The position numbers were made by a program, and so were the translations under genes. This document shows positions 42,459 to 56,232 of a stretch of DNA of 64,000 nt, piece after piece (the first letter of the stretch is position 1; each line of letters begins with the position of its first letter). The DNA is taken from contig CP086569.2 of assembly GCA_009914755.4 (NCBI GenBank), positions 18,144,001 through 18,208,000 of the forward strand, read 5' to 3'. Source of the stretch: the human T2T-CHM13v2.0 reference genome, Homo sapiens. Under the pieces are notes generated by a model. That model was not told where the DNA came from, searched no databases, and saw nothing but the letters and a program-made list of their open reading frames with translations.

Positions 42459-43179
42459 GCTTAATTTTGGACTTCCCAGCCTCTAGAACTGTAAGGAATA
42501 AATTTCTGTTCTTAAAATTTGCTCAGCCTCAGGTGTTTCGTTTTAGCAGTACAAGTGGAATAAGAACCACAAATTTAACCTATTTGTCAAACAATCCAAG
42601 TACACAGAATGTATGAAGAAAACTGTGAAAGTCTTTAACATCTCATTCTATGCATTCACAAGGTTTTGCAATATGATGCCTTCAATTAATAATCTGTCAT
42701 CAATGGTCTTTTATGTCAGCATATGCAAAGAGATCTTGTTTTCTTTTTCAGGATCATAATCTTAAAGCTGCATTGTATGCTTTAATTTGAAATATTACAT
42801 AATTTGTTGTGGGAATTGATATTTCTATATTGATCAACATAAAGACATTTCTGTATTTTAGCTCCTGCATGTTGTGTAAAGATGACAGTGGTTTTACCTC
42901 ATGGTGGTAGAGATGATGGAAGGAAGATACCAGAACTTAGTGAGAGAAACCAGATGTCTGAATAAAAGCCATGTTTCTTGCTTACATATCTCCATGATTT
43001 TGTTGTCATTTTCTTTGGAAGAATCCTAAAAGGAAGTGAACATAGAAAAGAGAGTGTGTGTGTTGTTCCCCCACTGTATGGAGGGAGGGAGAGCATAAGG
43101 AAAAAGAGCTAATTGATGCTAGGCTTAATACCTAGGTAATGATAACAATTTAGCTATTGTGAATTATGCTGTTAAAAAC

Positions 43180-43713
43180 ATAAGTGTACAAATATCTCTT
43201 CAACTCCTTGCTTTCAGCTCTGTTGGGCATATACCCAGAAGTGGAATTACTGGATCATATGCTAATTCTATTTCTAAATTTTTGAGGAACCACCATACTG
43301 TTTTCTACTGTAACTGTAGTATTTTACATTTCCACAGCAGTTTACAAGAGTTCCAATTTCTCTACACCCTTGTGAATGCTTGTTATTTTTGGCTGTTTTT
43401 TTTTTTTACGGTAGTTATTCTAAGGGGTGTGAAGTGGTATCTCATTGTGGTTATGACTTGCATTTTCCTGATGACTAGAGATGTTGAGTATGTTTTCATG
43501 TGCCTGTGGGCCATTTGTGTATGTTCTTTAGAGAATATATGTTCAAATCCTTTGCTCAGTTTTGAATGGGTTTGTTATTATTGAGTTTTAAGTGTTCTCT
43601 CTATATTCTGAATATTAATCTCATAACATATATAATTTGCAAATATTTTATTCCATCCCATGAGTTCAGCTTTTTTAGCTTGCTGATGTTGTCTTTTGAT
43701 GCATTTCTGCATT

Positions 43714-43749
<36 letters not shown>

Positions 43750-44300
43750 AGGTGGTGTCTCCCTCTGCTGCTGAGGTTGGAGTACAGTGGCATGATCTCT
43801 GCTCACTGCAACCTCTACCTCCTGGGGTCAAGCAATTCTCCTGCCTCAAACTTCTGAGAAACTGGAATTACAGGCTGCCACCACACCCAGCTAATTTTTG
43901 TATTTTTAAAAAAGATGGGATTTCACCACGTTGGCCAGGCTTGTCTTGAATTCCTGACTTCAAACGATTTACCTGCCTCAGCCTCCCAAAGTGCTGGGAT
44001 TACAGGTGCGAGCCACAGCATACAGACAAAAAAATTGATGAAAATTTTTTTTTTAAATTTATGAAGTCCAATTTTTCTATTTTTTCTATTGTTACCTGTG
44101 TCTTTGGTGTTATATGTAAGAAATTCTGACCAAACCCAGTGATGTGGGGCTTTTTCCCCCATATTTTCTATTAAGAGTTTTACAGTTTTACTTCTTACAT
44201 TTAAGTCTTTGTCTCATTATTCTTCACGCAGAAAATGTGCTTAGAACTTTGTTGACAATGTTGACACTTTTAATTGAAGAAGCTATTCTACAGTCTTATG
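43180..44300 (-). mobile_element. Old L1 (L1M/L1PB-type) ORF2-3' segment, antisense, interrupted by an Alu
   Basis: 43200-43720 reads gggcatatacccagaagtggaattactggatcatatgctaattctatttctaaatttttgaggaaccaccatactgttttc ... gtgaagtggtatctcattgtggttatgacttgcattttcctgatgactagagatgttgagtatgttttcatgtgcctgtgggccatttgtgtatgttctttagagaat..caaatattttattccatcc. This matches the antisense consensus tgggtatatacccag..ctggatcatatggtaattctatttttagtttttt..ctcattgtggttttgatttgcatttccctgat. 44030-44280 continues collinearly with gaagtccaatttttc..tttacagttttacttcttacatttaagtctttg. Confidence 0.7.
43722..44026 (-). mobile_element. Alu, antisense, nested inside the old L1, with a poly-T of about 35
   Basis: A T-run, then gaggtggtgtctccctctgctgctgaggttggagtacagtggcatgatctctgctcactgcaacctctacctcctggggtcaagcaattctcctgcctc ... 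ctcccaaagtgctgggattacaggtgcgagccacagc. Confidence 0.9.
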
Positions 44301-44661
44301 GATGCCTGACTAGTCTTGTTACTTTGGGCATACCACTTAGGGTTCCAACGTTAGTCAGTTTTCTTAACATGTTGACTGCATATGGATGTTACATATTAAA
44401 AAAGCATTTCCACAGCTCCTTCACATAAATTAGCTCACTCAATCCTTTTATCCACCCAAGAAATTCTTAAATACATTCAAATGAATTAAACAACATTAGA
44501 GGTGAGAAATAAAGTCTGAATGGGTCATGGAAGTCTTGTCCCAGACCACAAACCTAGTAAATATGAAACTAGAGGATAATAAAATGGAGTAGGAGAATCT
44601 CTACATGCCTGCCTAGTGTTTTCCATACAATCATGAGTCATTAATACCCATCCTTTTTATA

Positions 44662-45004
<343 letters not shown>

Positions 45005-47589
45005 CTCTGCTTTTCTAATTTTATAGATAATTAGGTCATAAGTATGGGATGTTTTAGTATAATAAAAGTAGAATCTCTGCATAGTTCATGTATTTGAAAT
45101 TGAGATAATTTATTACCTAATTTCAAAAGAAGCTTTAAAATTTGACAAAATATTGTAAAGCTCAAGAAAAGAAAACTAAGGAGAATATGAAAATTTTTGC
45201 TCAATGTCTTACAGTGCAAGATGAAAAAAAGCTCTAACATATTGTGAAAAAGAGAGCAGTTTTCAGCACTGTTATACTGATTCCCCATACTGGAAAATGT
45301 TTGCTTTGTTTTGTTTTTCTAACATTCCATCTGTTGAAAGTCTTGAATATTAAGGGTATAAATTTTATTTATTTTAAATTTCTTAAAATTTTTGTGGGTA
45401 CAAAAATCAAACCAAAATGGATTAAAGGGTATGGAATTTAGATATTGAAATAAACTGGCATACTCAATGCTTGCTATTCTGATATATTTTCTTCCAAAAT
45501 TATCTTACATTCAAAGCTCTGGGGATAGTTTGTGGTCTAGTATATTTGGTGTAAATATTCTCAAAATATGTAAATACTTATAAATATATTTATATATTAT
45601 ACAAGTTATACAAATAAACTCTAGCATATTTGATGTAAATTTTTTAGGATGTGGTTCCACATCTTGAAAAATTCCATTGATAGACTTCTGTTTTCCTATT
45701 TCAATAAAGCCATAAAGTAGTTCTGAAAAACTTTAAATATATAAAATTAGACACTGAAATACTTTATCTGAAAATGTCCTTGTCCATTAACATAAATATT
45801 GTATTTGCTTAGTGGCCATTTTTAAATTTACAATCAGACGGTCATTATTTTCTGAGGTATTATTAACATGATCAAAATAGAATCATTAGTTTTTCATGTT
45901 TTCATTTTCAAAATACAGTTCTGAAACACCAACCCAGGGATCATTCTGAAATATTTTTAATATGATCTGAAATCCCAGGTATAAATTACAAACTTCCTAA
46001 AAAGTAGAACCATCTCACTCAACTAAACAACATTGCCTTTAAAAAGTGTATGACAATTTCGACTGAAATTCATAATAGAAGATTTTCAAGCAGAAGTCAG
46101 TTAAATTTTACTGTGTATATTATCATTTTTATAGAAGTTGGAAAACCTCTAGAGGAGTGAATTAAAGTTCATCCTTTTTGCTTGTAATAAAATACAATAA
46201 CATCCTGTTTTACCTAAGGAAATGTATTCAAAATAACTTTTAAAGTAAAACTCATAAAAGTTAAAAAAAAAAGTAAAGAACTCTAGGGGGATTGTCTATA
46301 ATCTCTCCCTCCCTGCCTCCCTCTTTCCCTCCTTTTTTTCCCTTTCTCCCTATTCGCTGTTTTTCCCCAGAAATCATATAACTAGTGTGGCTTAATAAAC
46401 TTTGGAACTTTTTATTCACCTAGGCTTTCCTCTCCTGAAAAGAACTGTGTCTTGCATCCTGTTCCATTAGCCCTGGTGTGGTAATCTGCAGTGAGCAAGT
46501 TGTAAATTCACTTCCTAGCATGGCAATACAAACCATTCTTAAATATCCTTCCTTGAACACAACGGTGTAAACCTCACAACCTCATTCCCAAGTGAGCTCA
46601 AGTTCACCATTCACATAGTATTTTTCTAAACAGCTCAAAAGCCTCGATGACTTATGGGCTTTGCTCTAGCAGAGCTAAAATGGAAATATGGATTGTAGCT
46701 GTCACTTCAGAGACTCAGAGCTGGCTAGGTTAGTATGGACAGATTTGTAAGTGTCCATTTCCATAGCTATGGACAATAGGTAGTATTTCATTTTGTCTTT
46801 CCCCAATGGCTACTCTTACAACCACAGAAACATATGAGTCCATTAGTAGTCTCAAACGCTTCATAAAATTTGGCTTGTTTGGGTCTCCTTTGAAAATGTT
46901 CCCCTGAATATGATTTTTCTCTGCAAGTCATAACTGAATATTTTTTACCAGCTGTGCTATATTTGATGCTTCTCTAGGTTCATTAATATCCATAAGGTAA
47001 GGGAATAAATATTAATATACTCTGAGTTATCCAGGAAAACATACTGAAGGGTTCATATGATTCATTGTGTTACCTTTTTAGTGCTCTGTGAAATTTTTAT
47101 TCTTGGCTTAAATGCTTACAGTGTAAAACAGATGCAAATTAACCTGGGATTTACCTAAAATTGGTCTGGCATCTACACTGCATCTCTTGCTAGTGAGGAG
47201 AGGGTGGAAGCATGTGATATAGATCAGTCGTACAACTGACCACCACATATAGTATCTTTTCCCAATTTTTCCATCTCTTCACCCTGATTATTATCTTCAC
47301 CAGGTTTCATGATGCTCAGTGCTCGTGTTTCTGTGTTTGCTGTCTTGTATTTCCTTTTATCATATTTCTCCCCAAATATAAACTTTGGGTTTCTGCCTTT
47401 CCATTTGTGTAACGCTTGCATTAGTACTTGGTATGCAGTGGGTACACAATATATGTTGGTTGGATTAAAAAAAAATCAAAAGCACCAAAACTTGTTCCCT
47501 CTATGTAAACTAGATTAAGTCATTTGAAAAAATACCCCATAATGGAAACAACTTCTATAATGAAAAAGGGCCACAGAGAAAAAAATGTG

Positions 47590-47860
47590 TTTGTGTGTAC
47601 ATATGTGTGTGTGTGTAAAAAATTAATATAAGTATGATATATATACATATATGTACCTACACATACAAATACAACACACATATGTATGCATATATATATA
47701 TACCTCTATATATCCACATATAAGTAGATTGTATTACATACTGGAGACAGATATGTAAGAAATATATATATATCTATAGAGATAGATAGATAGATAGATA
47801 GATAGATACATAGATAAGAAATAGAATTCTATCTATCTATATTTGTTTGTTCGTTGTTAT
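47590..47860. repeat. Compound simple repeat of (TG)n, (TA)n, (CATA)n and a (GATA)n core (about 47781-47815)
   Basis: gtgtgtgtgtgtgtaaaa ... atatgtacctacacatacaaatacaacacacatatgtatgcatatatatatatacc ... gatagatagatagatagatagataca. Confidence 0.9.
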
Positions 47861-48584
47861 TGCAGGGAGGTGTTGTTGCCAAAACATTGACAAATTTCAT
47901 GTACATAGAAAGTGGCTGGAAGAAAAGAAGTAGAATAACTAACCTCAAAAGAACAGCTGCTGCTATATGCACGGACATTGTAAGTAGAATATTAATCACA
48001 CTAAATGACAGCTCACTAAAAATTGAAATAGTAGAATACCTTTTTTGTCTTCCAGGGTTTGCAATCAAGGGAGAGAACATTGTAAAGAGCCTGACACAAA
48101 CTAATTTTTCTAATTCCCTATGAGGTAATTCAGCATAATTTTAATTTCCATTTTATTTACATTAGTCTTTGGAAGGTTTAAATGCAGGTTTTATCTTAGA
48201 CAATTCCTAGAATAAAAAGTAAATTTCCATATGCCTCTCAGTCCTTAACCAGATCTACCTTTATTAGGAGGAATCGAGAATGAAAAGAAAACAGGAATCT
48301 TAGTACCAGTTTTCAAAACATTTAACTGACCTACTTATCTAGATTTTTATATTTAAATGATTCTAGAATATCCAAACGACCAAGACAGAACCTTGCTGGA
48401 CACAGGAACTCTATTTTCTTGTTACAGTGCCTATGAAATGTGACACCATGCAGACTAATAATAAACGCTTCACTGTACACATACATGTTCTATTGCATGG
48501 GAGATAGGTAGAAATCATGGATGTGAATTCAAAGTCATTCATCTTTTAATTGAAATCAGTATTTTGAAGACATGTGCTCACCAC

Positions 48585-48952
48585 TGATATGGCTTGGCTG
48601 TGTCCCCACTTAAATCTCATCTTGCATTGTGGCTCCCATAATCCCCACGTGTTGTGGGAGGGACCCAGTGAGGGGTGTGCAATTGAATTATGAGGGTGGT
48701 TACTACCATGCTGCTGTTCTTATGATATTGAGTGAGTTTTCATGGTTTTATAAGGGGCTTTTTCCCCTTTTGCTCAGCACTTCTCCTTCCTGCCACCTTG
48801 TAAGACATGCCTTTGCTCCTCCTTTGCCTTCTACCATGAATGTGAGTCCTCCCCAGTCAAGTGGAACTGTGAATCCATTAAACCTCTTTTTCTTTTTAAA
48901 TTACCCAGTTCCATGTATTTCTTCAGAGCAGTATGAAAACGGACCAATACAA
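48585..48952 (+). mobile_element. THE1/MST-type MaLR solo LTR, sense strand
   Basis: tgatatggcttggctgtgtccccacttaaatctcatcttgcattgtggctcccataatccccacgtgttgtgggagggacccagtgaggg ... ggttttataagg ... caagtggaactgtgaatccattaaacctctttttctttttaaattacccagtt..gaccaatacaa is collinear with the THE1 consensus. Confidence 0.9.
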
Positions 48953-48959
48953 CTGCGAT

Positions 48960-49630
48960 TTTCATGGCAACATTATTCATAACAGCAAAGATTTGGAAAC
49001 AACATAGAAGGACATTGACATATGGATGGATCAAGAAAGTGTGTATACATATTTATGTATGTCATGGAATATTAATCAACCTTGAAAAAGAAGGAAATCT
49101 TGTCATTTTTAACAACATGGATAGACCTGAGGAATGTTATCCTGAGTGAGATGGGCCAGGCACAGAAAGACAACTTCTGTATGATCTAATTTATTCATTT
49201 ACATGTGGAATCCAAAATAGACTCATACAAGCAGAGGGCAAATGCAGGTTACCAGCTGGGTGAGGAAGGAGAAATGGGGAGGTAATGGTCAAAGGGTACA
49301 AACTTTCATTTATGCAAAGTAAATAAATTCTAAAGATCTACTCTCCAGTGCAGTGCCTAGGACTGACAATGCTGTATTTTATACACAAAACTTACTGAAA
49401 GGGTAGATCTTATGTTAAATGTTCATAATACACACAGACATATAAAATAATAATGAGGGAGTGGGAGGAAACTTTGGGAAATAATGGATTGATTAATATA
49501 TTTATGACTTTGGTGGTCGTGATCATTTCAGGAATGTATACTTATCCCCAAACTCATCAAGTTGTATTTTTTAAATCTGTATAACTTTCAACATGTCAAT
49601 CATAATTGAATAAAATGGTTAAAAAACACA
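48960..49630 (+). mobile_element. Ancient L1 (L1M-type) 3' end, sense strand, directly abutting the MaLR LTR
   Basis: cattattcataacagcaaagatttggaaacaacatagaaggacattgacatatggatggatcaagaaagtgtgtatacatat..ggaatattaatcaaccttgaaaaagaaggaaatcttgtcatttttaacaacatggatagacctgaggaatgttatcctgagtgagatgggccaggcacagaaagacaa ... ggtaatggtcaaagggtacaaactttcatttatgcaaagtaaataaattctaaagatctactctccagtgcagtgcctaggactgacaatgctgtattttatacac matches the L1MA/MB 3' consensus. Confidence 0.85.
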
Positions 49631-52600
49631 GTTATTCGTCTTTTAAAACACAACTTTTCTCCAGCTAATTTTCCCATTTCTGTGCAGTAGAATATGAATG
49701 TGATAGTGACAATCCATTTTCCAGGAACTAAAAAAGAATGGCCCTCCTATGGATGGGGAAACAGGATGGAAAATGGGTTTATTCTGGAAAATTTTGAGTG
49801 AATCCAGAGAATAGAACTTTCACTCTCTCAAAACACCCATCTGTTCAGACATTTATGTGGAATAAATAAAATTTTCATCTTGGGCAAAGTGCTGTTGTTC
49901 GTTCCATGGAGGAGACACATTAAAGCTGATTTTATTAGTGATAAAGGAAAAAAAGCAGTGTTTGTTAAGAGAACAAGAGGCTCAAAGCATCGGCAACACA
50001 CACAGGGGTAGTTCAGAAAGGATTAGGTGAAGAATTAAGATCAGACAGAACCAGAGAACTATTTGAGCCATAAGAGTTAACTCTGTATGTGTGTATCTAC
50101 TCAACAGATACATCATTACTCAGAAATGGAAATTGATTTTAGAAAAGAGTGTCTTTTATGTTTTTATGTTTTAAGCGTATATTTAAAATTTTTTAGTAAC
50201 CTCTATAAAAGGCTATAGTGTGGCCAGTTTTCTCTAACAGCTGAGCAGGCAGGACTCCATGACAATGGTTTAGCAGTGACTCAGTGGTTAAGTTACACAT
50301 TAAAAGCTGAAAAGTGTCTTCGGACATTAAAATGTAACAATAGCCCACCAAGAATTTTACCTAGGCCTTTCCTGAGCCTTGAAACATGACAAAATAATGA
50401 AGGAATTCTTAATGGGATCCGTTTAGGATTAAACAAGTTTTATTTGGGGTCTGAAGAAACTCCCCAGACCACCACAAACAAGTTTTAGTGGGGGTCTAAC
50501 AGAACTCCCCAAACCTCTATGATTTAGCAGGGCGCAAAATAAGGGTAATCACCCCCAGCACTTGGACCCATCTAGATTAAGTAAATTTACTGAGGCTCCA
50601 GAGGAAGGTCTTCAGGACTCAGACCTTAGTTGTAGATTAGAATAGTTTATCACTTATGTCTTTAGATGAATGCACACTTACATGTAGATATATAGCTTAA
50701 AAAGCATATAAGCTCTGGAAAACTTTGTAACTTGAGTTGGTCGGGTGATATTTTCCAGGTCTTCTCCCTGTATCAGGTTACAAAAGTAAACTCTGTTCTT
50801 TCCCAGCTTATCTGCATCTGGTTATTGGGCTGCCAGAATAAGTAGCCTGACCTCACTATGCTCACTATGGGAACGATAACGTCCGTGATTTTTTTTTAAC
50901 ACACAATTTTTTGTCATCCTATTTGAGAATCCTTTCAGGTATTCTGACATTCTTGGCAAACTTTGTATCTGGCAAAGAATTATCCCAAGAATGTGTGTAC
51001 TAATAATACCTTTGTTATCCATAGGGGTTTTAAGGAAAACAATAATACTCATCAACTTTTTATTTTCTAACAAGAAAAGGTCTTTTTATTTCCTGGCACT
51101 TTGAACTTGTCCCTTGTATAATGAAATGACAATTTTGATTTAAGGATTTTCCTCATCAAAATTTCATCCCGAGTTTTCTAATGAATTTTGAATTGAAAAA
51201 GAGGCATTATGACTCCACAAACCCTTTAACTTAACATTTCTTAAGGATTGATTGACTCGATTCCTGGTTGCCTCTTTCCTAAGGCACATTTCTCTGTCGT
51301 TACTCCCCATTAATTTGAGAAAGAATATCAATTTCTGTTTCTGTCCCACCAATTTTAAATTGTTTGACTCCTTGGGACAAGACTGCAAAGTGGTTGAATC
51401 ATTCAGTGAGAACCATCACCATCCACTAGAAATGAGGGTGGTAATCTGCAAGAATTTTACTGTTAATGAATATGTTAAATTTTGAGATTATAGGCTTCTA
51501 AAATTTTACCAATCACTTAAATGTCTCACTGGAAAAATTAATGCTCTTTCTAAAGTGCCCAGTTCCCTCTATAGATGATATAATTATTGGGCATCAGGAA
51601 ATCTTCACGGCTTCCCTCACAGTGACTAAGGCAGATTTGAAAACCTAAATTTATGTGTGCATTTGTCAACTAAATATCTTAATATAAATAATATCCAATG
51701 CTATTACTTTGCTGCATATCTGATGTTAATAATGAAAAACCGAAAGTGATTAATTCTAAAACACTATGTGTTAATATTTCTGTGTTAAGTTCACTGAAAA
51801 GTTTCCTTACATGCCTTCCTTTTAGAAATGGATAAGACGTGGGAATTTTATTTAAAATAAGGGGAAGAAAGGCATATCTTTAACTTCACCTTTGTTTGTT
51901 AAATTCAGTGAACACATAACTGAAGGTACGAGATCAGAACATACACCACACCACGGTTGTTGAGTTAATCCTCCATTGCCTTTGGGGGAATTTTATGAAA
52001 ATTAAAGGTATCCTTGTATTTTGACAATTTGAAGGCCTAGGGAAATAGCATTCAAAGGACTTCTTTAATGTGTAGCCTTCACTGAGAGCTTATTTTAATA
52101 TAGTTCTGAGTGATTCTGTGAATATTCAAAATCTCCTCTGCACTCAAAATTAAATTTACAAAAAGAAAAACCACTGTGTTGATCTTGTGGCCTAGGTAAT
52201 CCTATGTTATACAGAATTAAAAAAAAAAAGGCAGGGATTCCCTTCCTATAAAAAGAGGGGAATATCTCAAACTGCACATGTATTTGAAAAAAATGTTTTG
52301 ACTAATTTACTGAATCAACCCAGCTACGTTATTTAATCCATAGGGAAACTGTTTATGCATTGCTCAGCTAAGGAGAATCAAATAAAAAAAAGTTCATGGT
52401 TTATTTTTTTAATGCCTAGTGGCTGATGGCATATCAATTTTTGCCTAAGTTGAATATCTTCATTTTTACTTTAGAATACATTCTGGCATACATGCTGAGT
52501 TTGTTAAGACAGAAGAAGTTTTGTTTTATATAAACTAAGTTATATTTCAGAAAAAACTCTAAACCGAAATATAAAATTCATCATTTTTTCCTTTGAGCAT

Positions 52601-53204
52601 TTTTTGTTTGTTTCTTTCTTTGATATTTCTCTGTGTTTATAGTTGAAGTTGGAAGTTATCTCCTGGTACTTAGTCAGTTAGAGCACTCCATCATCTGCCT
52701 TTGAAGTCTGAGAGTTACAAATACATAACAATAACTGGTCATAAGACCCAATATTTTACAATAAAAATTATTACAGTAAACTTTAATACAATATGAAAAA
52801 ATAATCACAAAGCCAGCTTAAAAAACATATGAAACATTACAAATATATGCATAATCTGTGGAAGTTGTACATAATCCTCATCATTATCTTCATCAGCTGT
52901 AAAGATAAGTTGCAAAAAAGTTTTGAAAATTAATCCCCTCATTTCTCCTTAACCAGTGAGCCAAACACAAAGTGATTATTAGAATTAGAAAATACTAGAA
53001 TTTAATGACAATGAAAATGGTACATTTCAAAACTAAAATCAAGAATATTAACATTAAGATATCTTAAAGAAATAGAAAACAAATCTTACGCTCAATAAAG
53101 TTGCTTACAACAATCTTTATTGGCAAAGCCTCAGAATTCCCAATATAGAATTTTTTTCTATGAATTGACTGGAGAAAGCTAAAACAAATAGGAAATTTTA
53201 TGTA

Positions 53205-53573
53205 GTGTGTTAGCCTGTTCTCATGCTGCTAATAAAGAGATACCCAAGACTGGGTAATTTATAACGGAAGGAGACTTAATTGACTCACAGTTCCACATAA
53301 TTGGTGAGTCCACACAATCATGGCGTAAGTAGAGGAGGAGCAAAGTTATGTCTTACATGACCACAGGCAAGAGAGAATGAGAGCCAACTAAAAGGGGAAA
53401 CTCCTTATAAAGCCATCAGATCTTGTGAGATTTAATCACTACCACAAAAACAGTATGGGGGAAGCTCCCCTATGATTCAATTTTCTTGGACCTGGTCCCT
53501 CCCATAATATATGGAGATTATGGGAGCTACAATTCAAGATGAGATTTGGGTTGGATACAGCCAACCCATATCA
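53205..53573 (-). mobile_element. THE1/MST-type MaLR solo LTR, antisense
   Basis: tgtgttagcctgttctcatgctgctaataaagagatacccaagactgggtaatttataa ... ccatcagatcttgtgagatttaatcactacc ... ccctatgattcaatt ... gggagctacaattcaagatgagatttgggttggatacagccaacccatatca. Confidence 0.9.
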
Positions 53574-54349
53574 TGTAGCATGTCATGGATCCTTATACAT
53601 GTCATGTAATAGAAGACTGCGGTAAGCCATGAACATTTGTATTAGGCTAATTTGCTATAAACAAATGCAAAAACTTGAGAAAAATGGGATTTCCCATCAT
53701 CTTGTGATTATAAACAGTTCTGTTACTTTTCAAAGGTTTATGGCCAGAAGAATATCTTTACTAAGTGTGGCACACTTGTTTAAAATGAGAAACATTTGTA
53801 TTTAACATGTTTTCCTTAAGTTCTATGTTGCAACATATTTGTGTAATTCTTTCTGATTTCCCTCTGCATGTATTGATACAACTCAAAACTGATCATTTCT
53901 TAACTTTGAACTTTCTGAATGATTTTCTTTATCTATGTTTGTTTTAAGGCTGCATTTAACCAATAGTGTTTTTGATGTAATTATAATCTTCCTGCTTTTA
54001 TAGGTGACTTCAACATAAATTCATTTACATTGCCATGAGTGATAGATGTGCATACACTTTCAAACATTAAAAATAGTAAGTTATGCATTAAACATGTTTT
54101 ATTAATGTTAAAATATGTAGCTTTTAATTACAAAGCATTACATATATACATATGGATTCATGTAAACTCACATAATATGTATAATATATACACACATAAA
54201 AATACAATTTAACTTTTTCTGATGTGATCTGCATTTACTTTTGCAAAATATAAACATAAACCTAATTTTTTCACCCCACCTATATTCTACCTATTGTTTT
54301 ATTGGTAAAAAGTGGTGTTTTAGACATTGTAATATTAAATAATTACTTT

Positions 54350-54720
54350 GCAGTATATATTCTCATACTGCTAATAAAGACCTACCCAAGACTGGGTAAT
54401 TTATAAAGGAAAGAGGTTTAGTTGACTTACAGTGCCACAGGGCTGGGGAGGCCTCCAGAAACTTACAGTCATGGTGAACAGGGAAGCAGACATGTCCTTC
54501 TTCACATGGTAGCAGCAAGGAGAATTGCAAAGCGAATGCAGGAAAATGCTCATAAAACCATCAGATCTTGTGAGAACTCATTCACCAACATGATAACGGC
54601 ATGGAGGTAATTGTCCCCATGATTCAATTATCTCCATATGGTCTCTCCCAAGAGAGGAAGGGATTATGAGAACTATAGTTCAAGATGAGATTTCGGTGGG
54701 GACACAGAAAAACCATATCA
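54350..54720 (-). mobile_element. MaLR (MST/MLT1-like, a different subfamily from the 53205 copy) solo LTR, antisense
   Basis: tattctcatactgctaataaagacctacccaagactgggtaatttataaagg ... ggctggggaggcctccagaaacttacagtcatggtgaacagggaagcagacatgtccttcttcacatggtagcagcaag ... ccatcagatcttgtgagaactcattcacc ... ccccatgattcaattatctcc ... gatttcggtggggacacagaaaaaccatatca. Confidence 0.85.
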
Positions 54721-55239
54721 CACATCTTGTCTTTCAAAAGACATTTTTATAATACCCTGCAACTACACAATTATTACACCACATTTCCATGCAATTTAAA
54801 TATTTAGCCCCACACTTTGTATCAATGACATCAGAAATGTCCATCTGGCATTTTGTGTACATTTCTGCCTTCTTCAGGCTGTTGTCCTGTTATCTTATTG
54901 TTTATTTCTTATTTCATGGAACCTTTCCTACGTTCAACTTTATTGAACAGAACAAGTAGTCTCTATCCAGTGTTTATTGTTGCTTTTTGTGATGTATTTC
55001 TCCAATTATGCTGTCTCTTGGCAGATGGATTGCTAACCATTCCAGTTATTTAACAGCATTATTTCCATAGACTCAGCTGGCTCCAAAATATATTTTCATT
55101 GTTTTTGTTTCTGGGTGTTAACATTTGGGAGCTTCTAACTGTCTAAGATAATTTTGTGTTGTCATCAAAGACCAGGATACTTGTTTATGCTGGGAATGCC
55201 AGTGTCTTTCTTGAGACCACAGAATTGGAAATCAACTAT

Positions 55240-55345
55240 TGAGTTGAAATTCCAGCTGCAGGAATTATTAGATTGTGTCCTTGGGCAAGTTTCTGAACCA
55301 TTTTATGCCTCAGTAAAACTGGAATCATGATAGTACCAACTACAG
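55240..55345 (+). mobile_element. MIR (ancient tRNA-derived SINE) core fragment
   Basis: gtgtccttgggcaagtttctgaaccattttatgcctcagtaaaactggaatcatgatagtaccaactacag compared with the MIR consensus gtgaccttgggcaagttacttaacctctctgtgcctcagtttcc..ataatagtacctacctcatag. Confidence 0.5.
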
Positions 55346-55514
55346 AGAAAATTTTCTGGTGCCAAGGAGATTGAAGTGAGCCATCCACTTAAGATATGAC
55401 ACATTATATAAGCAGAGCTGTAATAGACACATTCAGTTCTCTATTAAATTGCACATTTGCCTTCTGCATATATTTCTGCAGAAAATGTCTAATTTCCACA
55501 TTTTTTCTTTGTAT

Positions 55515-55805
55515 TACTTTTTTCTTTGAGACTGTCTTATGCTATTGCCCAAGTTGGAGTATAGTGGCACCATCATAGTTTGTTGCAGCCTTGAAATCCT
55601 GGGCTCAAGTCAAGCTTCCACCTCAGCGTGTCAAGTAGCTCAGACTACAGACATGTGTCACCATGCCCAGGTAATTTTTTTTTTAACTTTCTGTGGAGAT
55701 GCAGTCTCACTATGTTGCCCAGGCTAGTCTCAAACTCATAGCTTCAATTGGTCCTCCTAACTGAGCCACCCAAAGTTCTGAGATTAGAGGAAGGCATGAG
55801 CCATC
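55515..55805 (-). mobile_element. Old Alu (AluJ-like), antisense
   Basis: ttttttctttgagactgtcttatgctattgcccaagttggagtatagtggcaccatcatagtttgttgcagccttgaaatcctgggctcaagtcaagcttccacctcagcgtgtcaagtagctcagactacagacatgtgtcaccatgcccaggtaattttttttttaactttctgtggagatgcagtctcactatgttgcccaggctagtctcaaactcatagcttc ... gaggaaggcatgagccatc. Confidence 0.85.
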
Positions 55806-56177
55806 AGTATAGGTAAGGCATTTAGAATAGGGGTAGGATGTGATAAGTCCTTAGTGAATATTTCTGATGGCTAAAGTTGATATGTCATTGGGGGTATTTT
55901 CATTAACCACCTAGCTGCTGTTTGAATCTTCCAGTGGCAGGAGAACCCACTAAGTGCATCATTTGCGTTTACTATATTTTTGCCATTCCCTCATTTTTAA
56001 CTAAGCAACCAAAACCTTAATCATTCTTTGTCAGAGGAAACTTATGCAGGGTAGCTAGATGCTGTTAACAGTAAAAGGTCTTCACCTCTTTGGCTAAATT
56101 TAAGTGGTTTGATGAGATGATGGTCAATTCCACAGCATCAGATGAGGTGTTAGGATGGATAGCTAGCTAGTTAGATC

Positions 56178-56232
56178 AACATAGAGACTGAGATTGAGAT
56201 TGAGATTGAGATTGAGATTGAGATTGAGATAA
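56178..56232. repeat. (GAGATT)n hexanucleotide repeat, about 9 units
   Basis: gagactgagattgagattgagattgagattgagattgagattgagat. Confidence 0.95.

Noticed and set aside
53205-54720. Two same-orientation MaLR LTRs 1.15 kb apart, considered as the 5' and 3' LTRs of one THE1 provirus
   Set aside because: The two LTRs differ substantially, being THE1/MSTA-like and MST/MLT1-like respectively. The roughly 770 bp between them shows no recognisable MaLR internal sequence and is far shorter than the approximately 1.6-kb internal region. They are treated as independent solo LTRs
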